DNA from: an uncultured Flavobacterium sp.
Lineage (GTDB): Bacteria > Bacteroidota > Bacteroidia > Flavobacteriales > Flavobacteriaceae
Assembly (NCBI GenBank): GCA_965650235.1
Contig: CBFGNY010000003.1
Span: forward strand, 4,520 to 68,519
DNA length: 64,000 bases
Reading direction: 5' to 3'
The notes under the pieces are model-generated. The model was not told where the DNA came from, did no database searches, and saw only the letters and a list, made by a program, of their open reading frames with translations. The first letter of the stretch is position 1. The number at the start of each line of letters is the position of its first letter. Position numbers and translations under genes: made by a program. Below are positions 8,830 to 16,059 of the stretch, in pieces.

Positions 8830-10461
8830 ATGGCTAATTTTCAATTCCCTTCTGATGGTTCAGTTGTTATCATTGACGACGTTGTTGATGATGCATTGCC
8901 ATTAATACAACTTTTATCTCAGAGAGGAATTGCAACCACCTACTATTCTGGAAGAAGTGATAATGATTTGCCTGAAATTCCTATTCAAAAAATCAGATAC
9001 GCTTTTGTTGATATTCAATTATTTCCAGCCGGTGATGCTAATTCTTATGCTCAAAATATTAAAAGACTATTAGAGCGAATAATACCCATTAATAATGGGC
9101 CATATATATTAATGATATGGAGTACTGTTGAATGGATTCATGCAGATGCTGTAGAAGCATTGGTTTCAATGGATAACTTTGAACGGAGACCTACCGAAAT
9201 TGTCAGACTTCAGAAAGCTTCTTACTTTATAACTGAAACAGATAACAGTGTCCGTGATCAATTGATTGAAGATATTAATGAAGATATGCAGGTAAGATTT
9301 ACTGAGGAGGATGTTGAAGCGGTTAATAATTTTATAACGGATAAATTACCTCTTTATCAAAGTAAGAGACTTAAACCTAATGCTCTAAGTAATATTACTG
9401 ACAAGCTTAACGAAAAATTAAAAGGAACAAATGCCTTTCATCTCTTTATATTATGGGAAAAGTTGGTAAATAAATCATCAGGAGATATTGTAAATAACTA
9501 TTCAACTCTCCATCAAAAAAACAAATATTGGGAAGAGAATCTTAAACATAGTATTTATCGTATGGCTAAGGCTCAGTTAGGAATGACTGTTAATGAAGTA
9601 TCAGAAAATGAGTTGCTGAAGAATGCTTTAAAAACTATGAATAGTACTTTTATTGATTCTTTAGAAAACAAGCTCTCAGTATTTGATAATATTTCCTCAA
9701 CAATTAAAATTGACAAGGGCAATATTCTTTATTTGAAAGAAATTGCCGAAAATGAATATAAAATCAGGCTAAGAAACGGAAAGTACTCTTTGTTTATTAA
9801 TGGAGCAAGGATGCCTCCAGGAACAACAAATGAAGCTGCCAATATTGAAACTTTAAAGAAATGGAGTAATGGTAATCAACAAATTTTGGCTAACATTACT
9901 TCTACAATAGATGAGTTTTTATCAATTACTCCAGAGATTAACACAAAATTACTATTTGATATACTACCTCCATCCTTTATACAGCCTGGAAATGTCTTTG
10001 AAAAAGATGTGCAAAATTGGAAAAGAAGGAGGAATTTACTTGGAGATTATTTTGGACGGGAAGCCGTATCAAAAAAAAATAATCAACAACAATTTGAAAT
10101 TTCAAATGATGACTTAAGAAAAGTCATTTTTATAGAATTAGAGGTTACTCCCCTATGTGATTATGTTCAGAACAAGTGGAGAAAATCCAGATTAGTTTCT
10201 GGAGTACTCGTTCCTAAAGAATTAGAAAAAAAACTTCAAAAAAGCAATAGCCATTATTTATATGATGAGATTCCATTGGTAAAAATTAATGGACTATTAT
10301 ACAAACCTGTTATTGATTTTCGTCTTTTCAAATCAATAGATATAAAAAGAACACCTTTGGTTCAACCTCCTTTATTTAGGGTTAGAAGTGAACTTTTCGC
10401 AGATATATTATCCAGATTATCAAGTCATGCAAGTAGAGTGGGGATTGCTTATTTGGAATAA
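8830..10461 (+). CDS. Receiver (REC) domain protein with about 400 aa of unassigned C-terminal region
   Basis: VVIIDD (D16/D17), FVDIQL (D61), IWS (S98) and LQK (K129) fit the CheY-like pattern. The C-terminus has QPGNV, EVTPLCDYVQNK and SRVG but no recognisable HTH output domain. Confidence 0.75.
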   Translation: MANFQFPSDGSVVIIDDVVDDALPLIQLLSQRGIATTYYSGRSDNDLPEIPIQKIRYAFVDIQLFPAGDANSYAQNIKRLLERIIPINNGPYILMIWSTVEWIHADAVEALVSMDNFERRPTEIVRLQKASYFITETDNSVRDQLIEDINEDMQVRFTEEDVEAVNNFITDKLPLYQSKRLKPNALSNITDKLNEKLKGTNAFHLFILWEKLVNKSSGDIVNNYSTLHQKNKYWEENLKHSIYRMAKAQLGMTVNEVSENELLKNALKTMNSTFIDSLENKLSVFDNISSTIKIDKGNILYLKEIAENEYKIRLRNGKYSLFINGARMPPGTTNEAANIETLKKWSNGNQQILANITSTIDEFLSITPEINTKLLFDILPPSFIQPGNVFEKDVQNWKRRRNLLGDYFGREAVSKKNNQQQFEISNDDLRKVIFIELEVTPLCDYVQNKWRKSRLVSGVLVPKELEKKLQKSNSHYLYDEIPLVKINGLLYKPVIDFRLFKSIDIKRTPLVQPPLFRVRSELFADILSRLSSHASRVGIAYLE

Positions 10462-10464
10462 TAT

Positions 10465-11226
10465 ATGAGAAATAATTGGACACGTGAAGAGCATATAGTT
10501 GCATTCAACCTTTATTGTAAAATACCTTTTATAAAAATAAATGCTAACTATCCACCCATAAAAGAACTTGCTCAGATAATTAAAAGAACTAATGGTTCTG
10601 TTGCTATGAAACTTGCAAATTTCGCAAGACTTGATCCAGTTCAACAGGCAAGAAATGTCTCAGGATTGTCCCAAGGCGCAAAAGGTGAAGAAGAGGTTTG
10701 GAATGAGTTTGCAGAAAGTTGGGAAGAATTAGCATGGCAAAGCGAATTAATATTAGCCAAATATAAAAACAAACCTGTTGAGCAGTCAGCTGAGATTACT
10801 TTATTAAATGTACCTGAAGGAAAAGAAAGAGAAGCAACTATTAAAGCAAGAGTTAATCAAGCATTCTTCAGAAAAACAGTTCTTGCATCTTATAACCAAA
10901 GGTGCTGCATTACTGGCATTACAATGCCTGAGTTGTTGATTGCAGGACATATAATGCCCTGGTCTCATAACGTTGATAATCGTGTAAACCCTTCTAATGG
11001 ACTTTGTCTAAATGCCTTGCATGATTCAGCGTATGATAAAGGGTTAATATCCATAACCCCCGATTTTGAAATTAAACTTTCAGATAAATTGCTAAACAGT
11101 TTTAAGAAAGGTGAAACGGAATTATTTTTTTCTCCCTATGAAAATAAAAAAATAAGCTTGCCAAATAAATTTCTTCCACAAAAAGAATTTTTAGACTATC
11201 ATATCAATACTATATTTCAGAAATAA
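10465..11226 (+). CDS. HNH endonuclease (restriction-type, HNH_2-like)
   Basis: QAFFRKTVLASYNQRCCITG, LIAGHIMPW and NPSNGLCLNALHDSAYDKGLISI. The N-terminal WTREE...KLANF helical domain is typical of putative restriction HNH proteins. Confidence 0.9.
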   Translation: MRNNWTREEHIVAFNLYCKIPFIKINANYPPIKELAQIIKRTNGSVAMKLANFARLDPVQQARNVSGLSQGAKGEEEVWNEFAESWEELAWQSELILAKYKNKPVEQSAEITLLNVPEGKEREATIKARVNQAFFRKTVLASYNQRCCITGITMPELLIAGHIMPWSHNVDNRVNPSNGLCLNALHDSAYDKGLISITPDFEIKLSDKLLNSFKKGETELFFSPYENKKISLPNKFLPQKEFLDYHINTIFQK

Positions 11227-11305
11227 TACCCTCATAATTCACAACAACACTCAAAAGCATGGTTGCCATAAAAAGCACTTGTACGAAGTGCGAAAAGACC
11301 AAAAA

Positions 11306-11415
11306 TTAATCTTGCAGTGCCACTCTTAGCTTTAGGCAAAATGCGTTCTGCAAATAGCATATAAGTAGATTCAGAAGCATGTAAACCATCTGAAGCAACT
11401 AAATGAGGATTGCTG
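11306..11415 (-). pseudogene. Relic 3' end of the SGNH hydrolase gene (diverged direct repeat of 22357-22465)
   Basis: Translates SNPHLVASDGLHASESTYMLFAERILPKAK versus SNPNLVAPDGLHPSESAYMLFVERILPKAK in the intact gene. Hand alignment gives 18 mismatches plus one gap in 110 nt; the 1-nt insertion frameshifts the last codons. Confidence 0.9.
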
Positions 11416-11449
11416 GGTCGTAATTTCTCGCTTAAATGTATTAAATAAT

Positions 11450-11481
11450 AAAGCCTGCAAGTTATTAATTTGCAGGCTTTT
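11450..11481. terminator. Intrinsic terminator downstream of the PUL
   Basis: aaagcctgcaa-gttattaat-ttgcaggcttt, 11-bp stem with A/T tails. Confidence 0.75.
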
Positions 11482-11584
11482 GCTTTTAACAGTAACAAAA
11501 ACGGTTTAAAATTTAAATCGTTTTCTTTGGTACCTGCTTTTCGCAGTCAGTAGCAGGGTATTGCTAGAGAGTAGGAATCTTAAA

Positions 11585-13006
11585 TCACATAACAAGAGTA
11601 GCTACAGCTCCCGATTTTAATAGTATGGATGTGTTTTTACTTCCTGCATGCACATCGATAGTCTTAACGTCATTTGATGTATTCTGAATAATGACAACCG
11701 TATTGCCTTCAGGGGTTTTGTAAGCTACATTTGGCACTTTTTCTATAATAGAGGACTGGACCCTAACAGAACCGGAGGGCACGAATTTAGAAGCATGTGC
11801 AATAATATAGTAAGCAGGTTCACGCGTTACGGTATCCCCTGTAATAGTAACTGCACCCAGACAGCTGGTACAACCTCCCCTGTCGGTATGTGGATTCTGA
11901 TTCTCATCGGCAGCCAGGTTCCACTCCAGTACTGTTTTACACCAGTTATTTGGCGCACCAATAATAAGGTTCTCTATGTGCCAGCTGAGTTCTTTTGCAA
12001 AATCTCCGGGTGCGCCTACCCACTGCTCGGTGAAATAAAGATTCTTATCCGGGTGCGCTTCGTGTACTTTTGAGATTGCATCAACACTGCCTCCGTAAAG
12101 ATGAAATGCGGATCCGTCTATATACTGTGCAGCTTCCTTATCATTAAGTATTGTAATAGGATAATCAGGCCTGTCAGCATTATGGTCGTAAATTATAATT
12201 TTTGTTTTAATGCTGTTTTTTTTGAATTCAGGGCCTAAATGATCGCGTACAAAAACTTTCTGGTCTTCGGCAACCATTAAAAGGCTTGGATTGTTGCCCG
12301 GATGTAGCGGCTCATTCTGGATTGTTAGCGCATCGATAACAATACCATTCTTTTTCATTTCCTGTACATACTTTACAAGATACTTCGCATAGGCTGGATA
12401 GTATTCAGTCTTAAGGCTTCCACCCCGGGTATCGCCGTTGGTTTTCATCCAAACAGGAGGAGACCAGGGAGAACCTAATATTTTTATGGAAGGATTTATT
12501 TTAAGAATCTGCTGCAGGACAGGAATAAGATAAAGCTTGTCATAGTTCAGGTCAAATTTCTCCATGTTTACATCAGTTTCCCCGTAAGGAAGGTCGTTAT
12601 AAGAGAATATTTTTTCGTCAAGGTCACTTGCACCAACACTTATCCTGATATAACTTGATTGAAGGTCTTCAGGATTTGTACCGTAAATTTCCTGTAAAAA
12701 TTTTGCCCTTGCAGGTGCACTCATTTTAGAGATGTGCATAGCACTACCACCGCTCAGTGTATATCCAAAACCATCCATCTCCTGATAAACAGTACTGGTG
12801 TTGATAGTAAGTTGTAAGTGGTCCTGCGAAAGTTTTGATGATGGTATTGTTTGCTTTTGCAACAATACAGATTTATCGGGCATGGTCAGCCATAATCCTG
12901 TCTGGGCAGATTTACTGCTCTTTGATGAACGACAGCTTGTCAGTATAACTGCAAGACCCATTGTGACTGCAATTAAGGATAATAATTTTTTGTTTTTTTT
13001 AAGCAT
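11585..13006 (-). CDS. Glycoside hydrolase family 30 lipoprotein (GH30_3-like, probable endo-beta-1,6-glucanase)
   Basis: Lipobox LTSC. YQEMDGFG, SPWSPPVWMKT, IQNEP (acid/base), FTEQW (nucleophile), WNLAADE and HASKFV. Confidence 0.88.
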   Translation of the reverse strand: MLKKNKKLLSLIAVTMGLAVILTSCRSSKSSKSAQTGLWLTMPDKSVLLQKQTIPSSKLSQDHLQLTINTSTVYQEMDGFGYTLSGGSAMHISKMSAPARAKFLQEIYGTNPEDLQSSYIRISVGASDLDEKIFSYNDLPYGETDVNMEKFDLNYDKLYLIPVLQQILKINPSIKILGSPWSPPVWMKTNGDTRGGSLKTEYYPAYAKYLVKYVQEMKKNGIVIDALTIQNEPLHPGNNPSLLMVAEDQKVFVRDHLGPEFKKNSIKTKIIIYDHNADRPDYPITILNDKEAAQYIDGSAFHLYGGSVDAISKVHEAHPDKNLYFTEQWVGAPGDFAKELSWHIENLIIGAPNNWCKTVLEWNLAADENQNPHTDRGGCTSCLGAVTITGDTVTREPAYYIIAHASKFVPSGSVRVQSSIIEKVPNVAYKTPEGNTVVIIQNTSNDVKTIDVHAGSKNTSILLKSGAVATLVM

Positions 13007-13072
13007 AATAATCCTGTGGTGCAGTATGAGCTGCTTCCATGATTTTATTTGTAATTCATTTTAATTTAGGGC

Positions 13073-14536
13073 TTATTCCCACACAAAAGTTGCCACAGCA
13101 GTAGATTCAAGGCTGTAAACTATTTTCTTATCGTCTATTTTTACAGCAAATTTCCTAACCGCTTCCGACTCGTTAAGTACGACAAGTATTTTTGAACCGT
13201 CTGGATTTACAAATGCTACATTTTTTAATCCTTGAGAGCTATCAAATTCGGTAGAATTTACCCTTTTTGCCCCCGGCTTAATAAATTTTGCAAAGTGAGC
13301 CAGTGCATAGTATTCCACATTCTTAGTTACTGTTCCTGATGAATTTATGGTTACTACGCCACGGCAGTTGGTACAGCCGCCATTGGTTGGCCCATAATTA
13401 GTGTTCAGGGCAAGATTCCATAATAACACGTTTTTAGACCAGTTGCGTGTTGTACCTATAAAAATGTTGCCAATGTTCCATTTAAGGTTACTGGCAAAAT
13501 CAGTACTCCATTCACCTCCGGATACTTCCGTAAAATACAAATTCTTGTCAGGAAAAGCTGCGTGTACCTGATTCATTGCGCTGACATCTCCGCCATAGGC
13601 ATGAAAAGCAGAGCCATCTATGTATTGCGCCGCATTGGCATCCCCTAAAACAGTAAGTGGGTAGGAGGGTACGTCAAAGTTATGGTCGTAGGCAATAATT
13701 TTCGTATTTATTCCCGCTGCCTTAAATTTTGGGCCAAGGCTGTTTTTAATGAAATCAGCCTGATCAGGAGCAGTCATCTTCATTGTAGGATAACTGTTTA
13801 TTTCGTGCAATGGTTCGTTTTGTGGCGTAATGGCGTCTATACGGATTCCATGTGCCGAATACGCATTAATATATTTAACAAGATAACTTCCGTATGCATC
13901 AAACCATTCCGGTTTTAGGCTTCCTCCGTTCATGCTTCCGCTGGTTTTCATCCATGCAGGGGCACTCCACGGGCTGCCCATTATTTTAATATTGGGTGAA
14001 TATGTCAATGCCATTTTTAGTACAGGTATAACATCGGTTTCGTCCTGTGCGATAGAAAAACCATTAAGCGCAGGATCTGTACTTCCCTGAGGAAGATCGT
14101 TGTAGCTGAAATTGCTGACCGAAAAATCTGAGGCTCCAATAGTAAGTCGCAGATAACTAAGCCCTATACCTTCTGAAGCACTGAAAAGATCTTTAATTAG
14201 TGCTTCTTTTTGCACAGCTCCCATACTGTTGATAACAAGAGCAGAAGAACCTGTCAATGCGGCACCAAAACCTTCAATTTCCTGATACTTTTGTGAGAAA
14301 TCAATAGAGATTGAAGGATCAGTGGTGGCATTACTATCATATATAGAAGCACCAGAAGACTGTTTGTTCAATAGCTTTGATTTTGCACCATTAGTTATCC
14401 ATACCTGAGCATTACCTATTACGTTGCCAGTTTCTGCTACCGGTTGTGGCGGTCCCGGGTTTGTGGAATCATCCTGACTGCCTGAGCAGGAAAACAAAAA
14501 TACAGCAAGACCTATGTAAACAAATGATTTCTTCAT
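13073..14536 (-). CDS. Glycoside hydrolase family 30 lipoprotein (second paralogue)
   Basis: Lipobox LFSC. YQEIEGFG, SPWSAPAWMKT, PQNEP, FTEVS, WNLAL and HFAKFI. Confidence 0.88.
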   Translation of the reverse strand: MKKSFVYIGLAVFLFSCSGSQDDSTNPGPPQPVAETGNVIGNAQVWITNGAKSKLLNKQSSGASIYDSNATTDPSISIDFSQKYQEIEGFGAALTGSSALVINSMGAVQKEALIKDLFSASEGIGLSYLRLTIGASDFSVSNFSYNDLPQGSTDPALNGFSIAQDETDVIPVLKMALTYSPNIKIMGSPWSAPAWMKTSGSMNGGSLKPEWFDAYGSYLVKYINAYSAHGIRIDAITPQNEPLHEINSYPTMKMTAPDQADFIKNSLGPKFKAAGINTKIIAYDHNFDVPSYPLTVLGDANAAQYIDGSAFHAYGGDVSAMNQVHAAFPDKNLYFTEVSGGEWSTDFASNLKWNIGNIFIGTTRNWSKNVLLWNLALNTNYGPTNGGCTNCRGVVTINSSGTVTKNVEYYALAHFAKFIKPGAKRVNSTEFDSSQGLKNVAFVNPDGSKILVVLNESEAVRKFAVKIDDKKIVYSLESTAVATFVWE

Positions 14537-14552
14537 GGTAGTCTATTATAAT

Positions 14553-16055
14553 TTATTGTGGGTAACCTAAAGTCTGTGCAAGGTTAGGGTTTCTGTTACG
14601 CTCTCTTTGAGGTATAGGAAGGAATACTTCATGATCCTCCATCTTATAGTTTACCGGGCTGCCAGATCTAAGATCGATATCCTGAACTGCATTCATGGTT
14701 TGCACGGCAACATCATTTCTTACAAGGTCATCCCAGCGTTGTGCTTCTTGTGCAAGTTCAAGTCTCCTTTCGTTAAGAATAGCTGTTTTCATAAGATTTT
14801 GAGACGCTCTTACATTAGCGGGAAGTAGGTCAAGATTAACCCTAAGCCTTATTTTATCAACTTCGTCTGCAGCAGCACCAGACTGGCCCAATGCGTTAAG
14901 CGCTTCGGCTTTTAGAAGAATAATATCCGCTAAACGAAGAAGGTAAACATGGTCGGAACTTTGCCATCCCATAGCATTTTTCCATTTATAAGCAAATGGA
15001 ATAGAACTTCCTCCTGCATTTCCCCAATACTCATCAACCCAAGGTGCATTTTCAAAAAGAATGACAGCATTTTTACGTTCAACATCTCCTTCAGCATCAT
15101 AGGCATTGACAAGATTATGGGATGGAGTGGTAAATTTTCTCCATGAATCCCCGCTTACAGATTGTGGAAGCTGCATTTGTGGAGCCCAGGAACCTTCATT
15201 ACCTCCAAGATATTGTATCTCTAAAATAGATTCGCTATTGTTATAATGCGCTCCGTCAAAAAGATCAGAGTAGCTTCCTGCAAGTGTATAGCCAGCCGGG
15301 CTTGTTAGCACAAGATTGGCATATTTTACAACTTCATCCCAGTCAGCTGTTGGTTGCTGCGCAAAAGCCTTACTAAGCAATGCGTGAGCAGCACCTTTAG
15401 TTGCACGTGCTTTATTTACAGAAGCATCGCCACCATATGTATGAGGCAGCTTATCGGCTGCAAATTTCAGGTCAGCAACAATTTGTGCGTAAGTTTCCTC
15501 TTCAGTACTTCTGAACACATTTACTACCGCAGGGTCACCAGATTTTACACTTTCAAGCACTAATGGTACTCCGCCAAAAAGCCTAACTAAGCTAAAATAG
15601 TGGTAAGCTCTTAAAAAATAAGCTTCGCCGATTATCTGTTCCCTTCTTTGCTCAGTAAGCATTCTTTGTACATTTGGAGCCTGTTCAATAACCACGTTAG
15701 CTTTTGCTATGGCATTGTATATTGCTGACCATGCATTATATACCCTGTCGTTAGTAGTCTCTATATTTATCGCATCAATCTGGAAAATCATTGGGTTATC
15801 TCCACCAGCATAGTGATTATCAGAACGTACATCTGAAAATATTACATGATCCCATACATAATAATCATTACCCTGAAAAGACTCATAAACACCTGTTAAA
15901 GCAGCCTCAAGCTGATCTCCGGTTTCATAAGAATTTTGCGCCACGCCGTCAGAGATTGGCACTGTATCTAGATTTTCATCGCATGAAGCAAGCATTAGGA
16001 CTGCCAGCAACAAAGCTGAAATAATTTTTTTATTTTTAAGAATTTTCATAATCAT
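14553..16055 (-). CDS. susD: SusD/RagB family glycan-binding lipoprotein
   Basis: Lipobox LASC. GEAYFLRAYHYFSLVRLFGGVP, LLRLADIILLKAEA and ERRLELAQEAQRWDDLVR motifs; directly downstream of susC. Confidence 0.93.
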   Translation of the reverse strand: MIMKILKNKKIISALLLAVLMLASCDENLDTVPISDGVAQNSYETGDQLEAALTGVYESFQGNDYYVWDHVIFSDVRSDNHYAGGDNPMIFQIDAINIETTNDRVYNAWSAIYNAIAKANVVIEQAPNVQRMLTEQRREQIIGEAYFLRAYHYFSLVRLFGGVPLVLESVKSGDPAVVNVFRSTEEETYAQIVADLKFAADKLPHTYGGDASVNKARATKGAAHALLSKAFAQQPTADWDEVVKYANLVLTSPAGYTLAGSYSDLFDGAHYNNSESILEIQYLGGNEGSWAPQMQLPQSVSGDSWRKFTTPSHNLVNAYDAEGDVERKNAVILFENAPWVDEYWGNAGGSSIPFAYKWKNAMGWQSSDHVYLLRLADIILLKAEALNALGQSGAAADEVDKIRLRVNLDLLPANVRASQNLMKTAILNERRLELAQEAQRWDDLVRNDVAVQTMNAVQDIDLRSGSPVNYKMEDHEVFLPIPQRERNRNPNLAQTLGYPQ

Positions 16056-16059
16056 TTTT

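Noticed and set aside
11232-11498. 88-aa minus-strand ORF as a real gene
   Set aside because: Its only meaningful part is the SGNH 3' relic; the rest is read-through across a terminator hairpin.
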